From the NCBI RefSeq assembly GCF_009834535.1, contig NC_045696.1, positions 36,210,001-36,274,000 on the forward strand: a stretch of DNA of 64,000 nt. Direction: 5' to 3'. Below the pieces are notes generated by a model that had not been told where the DNA came from, did not search any database, and saw nothing but the letters and a program-made list of their open reading frames with translations. Made by a program: the position numbers and the translations under genes. Positions 25,260 to 39,786 of the stretch are shown piece after piece (position 1 is the first letter of the stretch; each line of letters starts with the position of its first letter). The stretch is from Camelus ferus (taxonomy: Eukaryota).

Positions 25260-28250
25260 TTGAAAAGTCCATCACCTGCTGCTCTTAAAAATATATATTA
25301 CTTTTAATCTCCATTTCCATTCCCATTCACCCCTTAGGCAACCATTCTAACTGGTTAAGATTTTTTTTTCCACTTGTATGTTCTCATAAAATACATATTT
25401 ATAATTTTGTGTCCATGAATTTTCGTTTCTGTAAACAGCTTCGTATTATGTCACACTCTCTAATGTTTCTTTACTCAGCACTTTTTATGATTGTATTTAT
25501 AATTCATCCATTCTGCTCACATAATTTATTGTTTCTAAGTGTTAAACACTACTCATGGCATGCAACCACTGGTTTTATAATCCTCCCTACTCATGATAGA
25601 CACTCATATTGCCTCTAACTTCCGACCTCTGCAAGTGGGGCTGCAAAAAATATCTTCTTGCATGTCTTGTTAGGACATGCATAAGAATTTCTTTGGAAAC
25701 CCAGTGGTTTCCAGAATTGTGGCATCATTAGAAAGGCATGAACTTACCAGCTCTCCAGAGGCACATTCCCACCAGCAGAGCATAAGAATGTCTATATCTT
25801 GACTTCTTAACTGTTGCCATAATTGGCAAGAAAGTAATATATTGTTTTTTGATTTCTAGTGAGATGGAGCATATCTTCATGTCATTTAAAAAACTAGGGG
25901 GTTTCTTCCTCTGAAAATTTTATTATTTTTTAACCATTTTTCTATTGGCACTTATTTATTGTTCATGTGGATTTACACACGTGTAAACCTTACAAATATC
26001 ATCTCTCGTTCTTTTACTTGTTTCTTAAACGTATCTTTTATGTCTGTCTTTTAAAGGAAATTCTTAATTTTGCTGTAGTTAAATTTACCAATAATTTTAC
26101 CTTATGGCTTGTTGCATTTGAAGTTTTTTCCCATGCCACTGATCACAAAGATATTCTCCCATGTTTTTTCCTTTAATTTCATAGTTTTACTTTAACATTT
26201 TTGTCTTTATTCCACCTAGAATTCACTTTATATTTGGTGGTAGTTAGAAGCCCAGATTTATTTTTCTGATTACAGTTGGCCAGTCTTCCCGACACCATCT
26301 TCTAAACAATTCACAGTGATTTGTGGTGTCATCTTTATCAAATATTAGGTTGCCATATATACATGGGTCTGTTTCTGAACCCCATTAAATTTATTAGTCT
26401 ACATATTTTTCTGACAATATTACATGGTTTTCTTTCTATGGCTTTGTATAATTCATATTTTACGAGGTGTTTCCTCCTTTTGCTTTTTTAAGGTTTATTT
26501 AGGCATTTGTGGACTTTTATAACCTGATTTAAATATAAACTTGAACTTACTGAATTCCTAAAAAAAAAAATCAGTTAGAATTTTTAATGGCATTGCTCTG
26601 AATATATAGATTAATTTGAGGAGAAATGATCTTCTTTCGTATTCAATTCAGTTCAATTCAAGGCCATGAAATGTCTGTCTATGATTCAGTTCATTTTTTA
26701 TATCCTTAATTTGAGTTTTCAAGTTTTCTCTATAGAGGTATTATGCATTCTTGAGATATTTCCAGATATTTTATGGGACTTGCTACCATTGTGAATAGTA
26801 TCATCTTTTCATTCCCTACTGAAACTTGTTTATGTAAAGATCCACTACCAATTTATATAGGGTAGTCTTAGAATTATCTAAAATCTCTTATGTGTTCTAA
26901 TATTTTGTCTATGGATTCTATTTTTTCTAGGTATATCGTCATTTTAATTACAAATAATGATGGTCATATATTTTGTCCCATGATCTATACAAATCTTACT
27001 TATTTTTCTTTCCCCATTGCATTGGCTGTAACCTCTAGTGTGCCTTTTCTTGTTCTCAATCATAAAGAGACTATAAAGTTTATCCATGAAGTATAATGTT
27101 TACTGTAGGTTTTCTTCTTTTTTTCTTCCTTTCTTTTTTCTTCTTCCTTCCTTCCTTCCTCCTTCTCTCTCTCTCTTTCTTTTGTGTGTATATTGTTAGA
27201 GTGACCATACATGTCTATTTGCCCAGAAAAGTTTTATTTTATTCTGTTTCACTTGTCAATTATCTAGTGGAGTACTGGTCATAGACAAAGTATCAAAATT
27301 TAGAAGAAAAATTGTATGGTTATTCTATACATACTTTACCATGTTCAGAATGTCCTCTTAAAGTTTGCCAAAAGTTTTTATCATAACTGAGTGTTGAATT
27401 TTATCAACTGCTTTTTCTGTATGAATAGTAATAATATACTATTTATCTGGAGAATTACATTAATATATTTTCTGATGTTAAATAATCTTTGAATATCTGG
27501 AATAAGTCCTACTTTATCATGATATATTATTTTTAATATTCTTAGATTAGATTGAATATAATTTTACTTAGAATTAATATATGTAATTTTTTTTTCTCAT
27601 GTTGTCCTTCTCTGGTTTTGGAATTAAGATTATATCAGCCTTAAAATAAGCTCACATTATATAATCTCTTTCTACTTTCTGTGGTAATTTTATAAGAGAA
27701 TTTAACAGCTTCTTTAAATTTGGAAGAACTCATTTGCAAAATATTTGGGTCTGAAATTGAGGGGAGATATGGAGATGTTTTAGTTTATTTAGTACTTATT
27801 TGTATAACTAAGTTCTCTATTTCTACCTGTGAAATTATAGATGTTTTATATTTTTCTAGGAATGTATCCATTTTAACAAGCTTCCAAATATATTTTGGTG
27901 TAGATTTTTGTAATATTCTATGACTATCTTTTGTAATACTTTATGATTATATTTTATTCTATAATCTGTATGATTATAAATCCAATCCATGTTGAGGTTA
28001 TCGTATTTCCTTCTTTTATTCTACACTTTGTGTTTTGGCATTCCTCTTTCCCTTTTTTCCTTTTCCTTGATTATTCTTGCCAGAAGTCAGTCTAACTTAC
28101 TATTTCAAAGAGTGAGATTTTCTTTTGTTAACTCTCTATTTTCCATTTATTTCTATCCCTATTTTTGTTATTTCCTTATTTTTGTTACTCAGGGTTTGCT
28201 CTGTTGTACTTTTAAAAATCTGCTTGATGAATGCTCAGGTCATTTTTTAA
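25260..28250 (-). mobile_element. Old, diverged L1 (L1M-type) fragments
   Basis: Long T-rich stretch with reverse-L1 motifs; boundaries approximate. Confidence 0.6.
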
Positions 28251-28302
28251 ATACTCCAATCTGTCCTCTTACAGCTGCCTCAGCAGTCAGCGCCCCAGAT
28301 CC

Positions 28303-28304
<2 letters not shown>

Positions 28305-28336
<32 letters not shown>
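28305..28336. repeat. (CA)n microsatellite
   Basis: Seen directly. Confidence 0.95.
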
Positions 28337-28338
<2 letters not shown>

Positions 28339-31300
28339 CGTCAAGCCAGCCATCAGTCTCACATGGATTTCTCGCATTTCTTGATGTTTTCATTTTACTT
28401 TGTTATTACTAGTGCCTGGAATGCTATTGTTTCTCTTGAGATGATTTTAAAAGAAGTCAGCAATCTGGGCTAACCCACCAATTTGGCAAGAACTAGAAAC
28501 TAAAAACTATTTCTGATGTTTACTTTTTGGCTCAGAATTTATCATTCTTCTCAAATTCTTTTTCCCCCATTAATTTAATCATCTGTTCTACTGGGTGATA
28601 TTTTAAAGGCCTAGATAGATGGAGTTATTTATTCTATTTTCTAAGGAAAAGAACACAACTTAAAAACTTATCTTTATATTATGAAACCCAAAGTATTTCT
28701 GTCCAAATTCCATGGGTGCAGTACATGAAATACATGGATAGACTACAGTGCTTTCTGAAAGCCCTTACAACTCTAAATCTAAATGCTGTCTAAAAAGTAT
28801 GAGTTAGTGTTAGTGGTCTAATTTTTTGGGTGACCTTATCTCACTGCAGGGAGCTCCCAGCATGACCTGTGGTAATTAGTAAAATTACTGTTAGGCTTTC
28901 CAAAGACAGGATTATAAACCGGTCTTTGTTTTTTTTCCCCCCCAATTAGGGTGATTGGTCTACAGAATACACACATCAAATGACAAAAATGTTTAACTTC
29001 ACTGGAGCATTTCTTTTCTGTTTTCATCATTGGAATTCATCACATATGCTTATAACTAAATAAAGACCAAACTATAACATGTGAATCACAAAATAAATTG
29101 TAATAAAACTGTATTTTTGTTTCACTATATACATTGATCAAATAATAATACTTTATATTTGAAGAAAGTTCTACATAGTGAAAAAAAAATCTATCCACAT
29201 ACATGTACTTATTTGGTATTACCAACAGCTCTGCAGTTAGAAAATACAGTTATAGCATAACTTAAATACAGAACCTGAGAAGTTAAATAAGTTGTTTAAC
29301 CTGATGCAGTAGAAATTTTTAGGTTTGAAACTAGAGCCCACATCCTACTACCTTTTTTTTAGGACTTGACTTTTCTATCATGCTACCAAATAAGATAGAC
29401 AAAGAAAAGAGAAAGTTGAGTAGAGACAGAGAGAAAGTTGATAAGAATAGAAAGAGAAAAAGAAAAATAGTTTATCTACCTTCTCCAAAACACATAATGT
29501 ATTAAAAGGTTATTTATCTTTATCCAAAGGTACTCTGTGATCAAAGGTACGTTATCTTCCAGAGTGTTAATGCCTGCAAAAACACACCCACATTACATGG
29601 ACCTAAGAAACAAGGATTAATACTACATTTTTAATGTAAGCTGTAATTTTTAACAGGAAAATATTGTCTATTTTAATTATAAAATATTAGAATTCTTACC
29701 TAAAGTGGAGAGACTGAAATAGTATTGATATTTTATCTTTTCTTCATTTTAATAGTATAAACTCTTATTTCTGCTTTGGAAAGTGAGGAGTCAAAGTACA
29801 CCTTTACAAAAGAAGAAATGTTTTTTATGGATGTATACCTATATTCCAATGCCCTCTTAAGATATGGCAGCTATAAGTTTTAGAAAAACTTGTTGAATTT
29901 TCTATCTAGACATATAAATAATAACACTACACAGTTTTTATGGTGTCCTCTTTGCAAACGTAAATGAAACTGCTTAAGTCTGTTATTAGCAGCTAGAAAA
30001 GGGAAGGGAAGGAAAGAAAAGAAAATGGGATTAGAGCAGAAATCATGGGAAAAATTAAGAGATTAGCATGACATATTTTACTAAATGCTTTGAAAGCATT
30101 ACCTCATTTTATTTCTTGGTAGAAAATTATTAGGTAAATTGTTACTATCCATTTGACAAATGGGAAAACTATAGCTCTTAAACGTTAAATAATTTTAAGA
30201 TCTTGCAGGGGATAGAGGATCGATTGGAATTAATAAAAAGAATTGTAATAAGTCAACTGTAAAACACCCAGCAGCCCAAGAACAGAAATAGGTCATGCTA
30301 TGGAATTCTAAAGAGAGATACTACAGAAACAATGTCTTGCAGTTGATGAAAGTGTGAAGTGAGAGGCAGTGTATTGTAGCTGGGTCTCCTTGGCTCAGGA
30401 AGTGACAGCCAAGATTCACACCACCACGGACACTCAAAATACAGAAAAGCAACCACTTTAGGAACTATGAAAAAGAGAACCTGGTTCTGAGAGGGTCTTC
30501 TACCCAATGATGTTGCGTTCTTATCTTGTTAACTGTCCTGAAGGGTAAATATATGCACATACCATCAATTCAGTGCAAGGCTCCCTAGGAAAATGGGAAA
30601 GGTATAAATATTCCTCTATCTAATAATGGTCTCTGGAATTTCTGCATGGGTATTCAGGAACAAAACAAAAATAAACAAAATGTAACACCCTAAACTATAA
30701 TAAAGCCCTCAGCTTCCTCATATTTCAAGACAAATGAGGGTTTAATGGAAACAGTTATTTGCTAAATTATATTAACAATGTTAAGCTGCATACTTATTAA
30801 TATGAATCAGATTACACTTCTATTTTTTTTTCAAGGAAGATTTACTTTTCACTTCTGCAGGCCTTGGAGTCTCATGTTGGCTGGCTTGTGAGTGGGGTAG
30901 GAAGATAGATGCACAGATAGGGAAAATTCTGAGCTAAAGGAGGAGGAAGACTTCACCTCTTTGGGCTGGACCTAAGAGAATCTTATCAAATTAAATTCCA
31001 CTTTCATTTTTTGGAAATGCTGACAAGTCTCCCCTCAAAAATATTAATAAAATGTTTTTTCTATTTGCTTAAACCAAACTGAAGACTTTTATCTTTAACT
31101 GACATTTAGTTGAAATCATCTAATCTCTCTGGGTATGGAAATACTACCTCATTCCTTGAGCGTCCAGAACTGTATCCAAAACCAAAACATGGGTGGAGTA
31201 TTGCAGGAAATGATACAATGATGTTGCAAAGTGGGAAGTTGTTAATGATTTCCATCAATATTTAAATAATTATTTATGTCATAAGCTCTGAAGAGTATAG

Positions 31301-31647
31301 AGATCTTTCCTTTCATTGAAAGATAACCCTTGAAAACTCAAGTGCTTACAGACAACGTTCTGGTACCTAAATATAACATTGCATCAGCTCAGTGACTTTT
31401 TATGAGAAAGACAAGAGAATGAAAATGACTAAAATTCAAAATGTTATACAGCAATTAAAAGGACCATTCCAAATTTGTCTATATATCTTTAAATTAAAGG
31501 ATAGAAAACGCATATAGAATGAGATCTTATTCCCAAGGCTAATGAAATTGTACTGGATGGAATACATATGGGTGGAGGGTTGGACTCGATCATAGTTAAG
31601 TTTTCTTCCATTTCTAAGATTACAGAATTGAGATTCTTTGAACTTAC

Positions 31648-31672
31648 CTAAATATTTTGGATAAAAATATTC
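31648..31672 (-). CDS. PROS1: Protein S exon 3 (aromatic stack, 25 nt)
   Basis: EYFYPKYL flanked by CTAG and GTAAGT; phases match neighbours. Confidence 0.96.
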
Positions 31673-34373
31673 CTAGAAAGAAAGAAAAAAAAATCTTAGC
31701 AAACCTAAATTTCACTATAGAGTTAAAAGTTAATTTAAAAATGTTTTTGCATTAAAGATGCAAACAAATTACACATAACAGTCTTTTTCACATTACAATA
31801 GAGCATTTTTCTCTAGTAAAATATTTATCTGGAGTAGACAGCTAATAACATTAAGCCAGTAAGATGCTTAGACTTAAAGCAATATTGATCAATTAAATCA
31901 CATTTCAAAAGCTTCTAATCTGAAAACAGGTTCCTTTGAAGATGTTGAATGTGATCATAAATGCCCCCGTTTTGTAAATCCTTTCATTTTTTCCATGATT
32001 ACTAGATGCCTATTTGGTACATTTCACATCATGCTGATTACACATATCAGATTCAATGTTGAATAACAGTAATACAATTTGAGTTTAAGTGGACATTTAT
32101 CTTTCAGCATCTTGTGTACATGTAATCCCTTACTTATAAATTGGTTATGTATCAAGAATTTGTCTGTGAATCAGTAATTCGGACTATGGCATGCACTTTA
32201 CCAAAAGGAGAAAAATGTTAAAAATGATTTCTGATGGTAAGGGCCCCAGGCTGGTTCACAAAAGCCTTCTCAAGCCATAATTGATCCAATGTGCAGCATT
32301 AATAACACAAGAATTTCTCATGAGAAAACAGTGTTTCTCCCCCAAACAGCCTCAAGTACAGAACATACCTCCATCCAGGACAGAGTTAAAGCCCTCACTC
32401 CTTCCTCCTCTCACATATAAACCTACACAACACTTTTCTACTAGTTTATAAGGATATGCTCTCCCTCTAAGCAACTGAGACAGCAGTGTTGTCATCTGCA
32501 GAACAAAGGCCATGAGGATAAGCAATGATGAATGGGTTCAAAGGAGATAATGTAATAGGGAAAGGAATATATCAGGGACAACGTGGGGAGAAGCAATAGG
32601 GTGGTGATGGGGAATGTGTACCAGGGTATGAGGGATGTGGACAGGGAGTGTTTGGGGAAGATAGAAAGTGAGAAGCAATAACAAATGTCTTTTTCTTTCC
32701 TTTCATTTCTCCCACTTCTTCCTTACTCTCTCTGTCTCCTCTTTCTTGTCTGTCAATAACACCATTGCCAGAAGAGTGGAGGGGAGGAAACATGTAAACG
32801 AGTTTCTTTCTCCATTCTTTTCCCTCTCTCCACGTGTCTTCTGCCTCACTCCCCATTTGCTGTTCAGAGGCTAAGCTATGAGAACATATCTATAGGGTCA
32901 GAAACACATGCCAAATATTTATGAGTGATACATTAATATGAAATCTTGGGCATTCAGGCTTGCCTTGACATATTCCAGCAAAACAAAACAAAAGTTAGAG
33001 TGCGTGGGATAGAGAATGGGCAGAAGAATGGCAGACTGTTACTACTCATTGAAAGGGGAAGCAGATATATTGAGGTTTATTATATAGTTCTCTCTACTTA
33101 GGGATATGTTTTCAATTTCTGTAATAAAAAGAACTGTGTGTGTATATATATGTGTGTGTATCTGTTTCCTACACAATAAGAGTACATTGTTATATTGTGT
33201 GGAATAAAATATTTTTGTCTTGTCAATTGCTTATCCACAGAAAGCAACAAAACTAAGAGGAGCATTTTGATTTAATCCTGGAGCGTATTAAAAATGAATC
33301 TTTGGGTACCTTGGGAAAAATTCCCTTTGAACCTATTACAGTAGGTGGAGGTAAGAGGACTAAAGGGCAGTCCCAGAGAATGCAAGTTAGTACTGTCTTG
33401 GACACATTCTCTAACTAGAAACAAGTGGCTCCGACTTGTTTCTCATCTAGTCTCAGGGTCTCAGGAGCCGTGGCAGAGATAAAGGGGGTACTTTGTATAC
33501 ATTTTCTCCCTCATTTCCTTTTAGTTCTATAGTTTATCTCTGGAAAAAGCATCTGCAGTAATCCTGAAAGTTATCAAACTTGAATTCTCAAGGCACCCTC
33601 ACCCTAATTCTTAGAGGCACTATTGATATTCCTGCTACATGCAGGACATGTTAGAGAACATCCTTCTTTAGGAAAATTAGGGGACTAAAGATCAGATCTA
33701 GGGCTCCCATATTTCTGTATGATATTTAGGGGTCTTTAGGATTATATTTTTCTAGGCTAACTTGGAAAAATGTATACACTGAAAATATAAATTCTAACCC
33801 CAGGGATTATTGATGAAGTTAAGGTGGGCTCAGAAAACTTTCCAAGGGTTTATGGAATAAAGTAAAAATATCCTCAGGGAACACTGTGCTGTAATGAATT
33901 CTTCAGTAAGCATTCACTGAGTAGCTGTTATGTACCAAGCTCTGGGTTAGAGACCCTGTTTTCTAAAGCTTGGATGAAAACGCCAATGGAGAGATTTAAT
34001 GAAGTCTAGTGGTAACAATGCAGTCTCACACACACACATTCAAGATGCCTTGCCTTCACCCAATACTACAAAATTCTGGTTGGGAGAAAGTAGTTACAAA
34101 CTATGAGGTTCCTACTATTTGCGATAAGTAGACATAACTGAATTATAGTTTGGTCAGAGCACACTGCTTTTGGCAAATAGTGTCTCTCTAACAAGCCAAC
34201 TTTCCTTTGAAGGTACTTCCCCCTGAAAAGCTTCAGTGGTTACGTGCAGAAGGTGACATACACAATCATTAACTTTAAAAAGGAACACAAGGGAAAACAG
34301 ATTCAAGTCGAAACGTCCCATCTATAGTTGTATGTTGAGGTAAGCTAACTTACCAGTTTTCATGAATTCTTAC

Positions 34374-34531
34374 CGTTTCAGGGTCATTTTCAAAGACCTC
34401 CCTGGCTTCTTCTTTGTTGCACAGCTCTTCAATGCATTCTCTTTCAAGATTACCCTTTTTCGTTTCTTCAAGCATAGAATTTGCACGGCGTTTCCTAACC
34501 AGGACTTGCGAAGCATGTTGCTTTGACAAAA
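34374..34531 (-). CDS. PROS1: Protein S exon 2 (propeptide + Gla domain)
   Basis: [58 protein letters not shown] acceptor, GTAAGA donor. Confidence 0.98.
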
Positions 34532-35039
34532 CTGAAAAAAAAAAAAGAAAAAAAAACTTTACATGGACAAATCTTTCATTTCTCCACCTAAAATATTTTA
34601 TTAAACAATGAGAATTTAAACCATGTTCTGCCATAAATTGCATGACACTTAAAGTCAGTAGGGTTGAATTGAGGGAAAAATGCAGATTCACAGCACTTTG
34701 GTTAACAACTCAAAGAGCATTTGGTATGCAGCTCCAGCACTGTCTAACGATCTACATAAATTATTCAAATGTATGCTTGAAGTCAAACATACCAGATGAT
34801 AATTTAATGTTTACCTCATTATAACTACATTGGAAAAAACAGCGTGCTGAAATGACTGTCAAAAGTCATGGCTACATCATCTTTAAAGCTAGGGTAACAA
34901 ACTTTCTCAGTTTAAACGGAAAACTTGTGTAATCTCTGCGGAGACAGAGAAATGTAGGAATACAGTCCTATCAGCTATTTGAAAGACACTCAGCCTAAAA
35001 CATTTGGTTATCTACACAAAAGGAAATAAAAATCCATGG

Positions 35040-36060
35040 CAATCAGAAGACCTTATGCAAAGCATAAGATACAGAAAGCAAAGAGAAAAAAATTGGTAAC
35101 TTGGACTACATAAAAAATTTTAAGCTGTTGACCAAAATTAACAGAACAAAGTTCAACATCAAGCAACAGAGTGGAGGAAAATATTTGCTTCATATAGAAT
35201 AGAAAAAATTACATCCAGAATTTATATAAGCAACTTTTGCAAATTAAAGAAAAAATAATATAATAATAAGCCAATTGATATAGGAAGGTGTGCATGGTTA
35301 AACACAAAATAATTTAAATAATAAAAATAAAATATAAACAAAATCATGTAAACATCACTATAGAAAAAAATTAAAATAGCCAAGAAACACATGAAAAGAC
35401 CTTCAATACAAATTTTTTTAAATGATTGGATTTTTGCCTATTAGATTTGCAAAAATTTAAAAGGCTAAACATATTAAGTATTGGTAAGTACAAGGGGAAA
35501 CAAGTATTCTTGTACAATGGTGGTGGGAATATACTGATGGGTTTACATCTAAAGGTAATTTGGTAGTATCTGAAAATTAAATGTACATATACTCTTCAAC
35601 AATTCTACTTCTATGTATGTCCTACAGATATTCATGTGTCCCAGAAAGTTATGTATAGAATGTTTGCTGAAAGATTGTTTATATTATCAAAAAATTAGAG
35701 ATGACCTAAATAACTATCAAGGGAATGAAAAAATTATATAATACAACTGTACTGTGGAATAATATGCAGCTATTAAAAAGGAGAAAGATACCCTTACACT
35801 GAAGATCTCCAAGGTATATTATTAAATTAAAATTGCAAATTGTAGATGTCATACCTATAGCATAATTCTGTACATATCAGCCACACTTGTAGATATGTAA
35901 AAATCATGTGGATAAATTCATAGAAGAGAGCTTGGAAAGATATCCAAGCTACTACCTGCAATTATATTTGAAGAAAATCATGAAGAGTATGAAGTTTGGG
36001 CTTTATTATTTTAGTATGTGAGTAGAACATTGCTTTTTAATGAAAAATGTTTATATCACA
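35040..36060 (+). mobile_element. Old L1 (L1M-type) 3' region
   Basis: A-rich, degenerate GGTGGGAAT, CAATTCTACTTCTA and TATGCAGCTATTAAAAAG motifs. Confidence 0.65.
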
Positions 36061-39000
36061 AATAAAATCTACAAATACATTTTTTAATCCTTATTTTAAC
36101 CACAAATGGTTTTTTCACTAAGAAAATAAGCAAGCAATATAAACAGCTACATTTATTTTTCTCTTACTTCTCTTATAACCCAGTAAATAATAAGAAATAG
36201 ATAAATAAAAGTTGAAAATAGAATGAAGAAAAAGAAAAGCAAAAGGACTAATTAATCAGTACTCACTATAATTATTAGTTGAATAATTGAACATCTTTAA
36301 AGGGTGAATGAGGTAATGTTACTTTATTTTTCTTACTTGCCAAAACAGGAGTTTAAATGTGATGATTAACTAACTAAAGTGTTTGAGTTACATTTTTAAA
36401 CCTGTTTCTCACCATCTTTATCACTTCCCAAGATCAAGATTAAATCAAGGCTGTATATGTCTAAAGGATGCTATTCTATAAGCATGCTACCTGCCAAGTG
36501 TATTGCTGACTGATAAATGGCAGGGCAATCAACAAGAGTCTGACATCACCAATTATCTCATTAACTTGAAGTAGTTTTAAGCACGCTACCTGATAATAAA
36601 TATGAAAAAGAAATTACGTGGTTGTGTAGTGGACAAGTTTGGTATCTTACTGTCCTTTATAAAATAAACCCATCCGTCTAACAGAGTGTGCTTTACAAAG
36701 TGTCCACTATTCCTTGTCAAAAAGATATAAACATGACATCACAGATCCAAACTAAGAACTACAGAACTGTAGGGTAAGACAAACAAATGGTTAGAAGTGT
36801 TTTTATCAGCTGGCTCAAAGTCTTTCTGCCCAAAAATATCTACCCTGCTGGCATACAGGAATGTTTAAAAAGTTCCATTAATTATCATAATAATAATCAT
36901 GGCACATAAGCATGTAAATGCTGTTTTTTCATTATCTCCTATTAATCCTACTCACAACTGGTTCTAAGTAGACAGTAATTTTTCCATTCTATACATGGAC
37001 AAACTAAAACTCAGAGAAGTTGAGTTTAATTTCACCAATTCACACAACTGACAAGAGTCAATCAAGCCTGCCCCCAAAATTGTTTCTCTTTTTGCATTAC
37101 CACATTGTTTCTAACCATTTGTTTCACTTCTTTAGATTAAAAAGTTTTTCAAGAAAGTCCTTGCTAAAACCCAACTATGTTGCTTGAAAAGTGTTACATC
37201 CAGATTCAAAATTTTAGGTTATAATGTTATAATGTTTAGTTATGAGCCTTTCAAGATTAGAAATATGACTGAATCTGCTTGATTTTTTTAAACTTATCTG
37301 AGTCATTCCTTCTTCAAAATAGTGACTATAGAAATTGAACAATTAGGTCAATAACAACCATTGTGCAGACATTAATTATAATTCTTTTTTGAAATTATCT
37401 TCACAGCCTTCATATATTCCCTTTAATATTTTCTGTGGGAGGAAACCTCTTTTTTAGCATTAATTTTTAGCATTAACTTGATTGTAAAGTAAATTACTGT
37501 TGTTGGTGCTTCATTTAAGTGCCTGTAATAAGGATAGTGGGGACATCATCAACTCCACTCAAAGGAAAATTCCCCCACCGTTCAATTGAGTTAGACCTTG
37601 GTTAACGGTTAATAAAAAATTTTAAAAGCCCCTTTCCCACTTAGTTGTCCAAGCTTGCTACCCTCCATTCAGGAAGTTCAGGACCACAGATCTGCAGGTT
37701 GTCCAAAACGGATCAGTCTGATGGAGGAGGTCCAATCTTTATGACAGTTCATTCTCTGAACCTCTTCCGTTCTACTCTTTTGTCCTTTGCAAAGATGGTT
37801 CTCACATTTTTCCTTCCAAAAGCTCACAGCTTATCTCTTTTTTAATTCTCCTTTGGCCTTATTTGGCATCCCAAGAATGAAAAACTGTCCCTAAAAAAAC
37901 ATATTTGAAAAGAGAATCTTGGGCTAGCATTTGTTTTGGCAGAGTGCTTGAATCTTTGTTTCTTCCTCAGTGTGGGACGAGGTCAGGGAAAATAGCATTC
38001 AATATACAAACAGAACAGTTAGATAACACATTATGATATAATTGTGACTCTTATGTCCCAACGGTTAAAATGGCATATTCTGCCTAATCAAAGACTGATA
38101 AAAATAGAATTGCATGTAATATTGAAAAACTTTTAGTTAATAATGATGAGAAAACATATGGCCAGATATTAAAAATTTTATTTTAAATAATTTCCTATTA
38201 ACTAAGTGTAAAACCTTTCATTTTTTACCATAAATATTTCTACCACAGATGATTTACAGTTGAGAAGAGGTATTAAAAATGGGAAGATTGCAAGGACTAA
38301 GATAAACCCAAAGACAGATTTTTAATTAGGCATTCATCAGCCTACACAGTTACTACCAACATAAAAACTTATGTTAGCCTTCAGAAATAAATGCTATATC
38401 TGTATGTATGTTATACTTCAATTTTAAAAAAGTTTATTTTTTTTAAAAGAGAGCTAATATACTTGGTTTTCTCTAAATTTCAAATTTTGTTTTATATTGA
38501 GGACTACATTGTTGACCAACTGATTCTTCTCATATTATTATATTAAGACTTAGAAACATGTTTTAAAAAAGTATTCTGTAAAGGTGAACTATGCCCCTGT
38601 CTTAATAGGCTGATGAGAATAATAATAATAATAAATAGGCTGATGAGAAATAATTTAAGAGAATCAAAGATCATAAGAGGTAGGTCTCGATTGTGTTTAA
38701 ATCTGGGAAAGAAAAAGAGGGAATAATCTGCGAATTACATGTTGCACATATAAAGGTGAGTTCTAAAACTTTTGATTAGAAGGGGCGAGGGAAGGGTTGG
38801 CATTTATTTAGAAGTAGGAAAGCCACTAGTGGCATTAAAAAATGTGACCATTGACCCCCATTCTGGAACAAATCAATGAATGAGTAGGGAAACAATGTCT
38901 GAACTGTTTAGCCACAACAGAAATGAAATGGACTTCTCCTAACTTGAAGATTTAATTGTAACTAATTTACAGCCCCTAGTCTAGGGGGAAAAAAAAAAAG

Positions 39001-39711
39001 AGTAAATCACTGCCAATCCTCCCCAACATTAAACCTTTGCTTTAGCCATAGACAGAGAAAGCAGCACATTTTAGCTATTCCTTCCAAAATAACAAATACT
39101 TCTATCCGAAAGAAAGAACAAGCAGCTTATTACTCAGAAACAAAAACAAAAACAAAAAGCAAAACACTAAAAACTACTTCTGTTATTTCATTTGCTTGCT
39201 TTTGGTAAAGTGATAAATCAAGGTACCCCATTTGAAGGAACTCAGGGTTCAGATTTTGTCAAGGTATGAAGATGAATTTTCTATAGCCCTCTCTTTTCTT
39301 CTCTAGACCACTACACTGCTATACTTTCTGAGGCTACAGTGGGAGGTCTCTTTTTAGAATGTGCAGCGGGATCATCACATAATCAGTTTGCTTTGTTTTT
39401 TAATCTCCTACACTTTAGGACACCAAAACACCATCTGATTTGATGTCACATACGAAGAGGTTACAGCACAGTATATGTTTTGTTTTTGTTCTATTTGACC
39501 TATTTTGTTAGGGTGGCATCAATTAATATTATTAGTTCACTGGCCTGTGTCTGTATTTATGTTTGGAAAAGCAAAAGGCAATAATGAGAGAGCTGGCCTA
39601 ATTCTGCAATTCCCCACTTCCTGCAACATCTTCCAGATCTCCCCAATAAGCAAGTCTGAAGTGTGCTTAGAGGCTTAGAAAGACTAGCTCTCAATGGCTT
39701 GCTTCCTTTTT

Positions 39712-39786
39712 GATTCTTATGATTCTTATGATTCTTATTCTTATTCTTATTATTATCATCATCATCATCATCATCATTATTATTAT
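39712..39786. repeat. Compound repeat (GATTCTTAT)3/(TCTTAT)n/(ATC)n/(ATT)n at L1 tail
   Basis: Seen directly. Confidence 0.85.

Noticed and set aside
37640..37880. Higher-complexity stretch that looked like a processed pseudogene
   Set aside because: No frame gave a recognisable protein and no clear polyA/TSD; BLASTX would settle it
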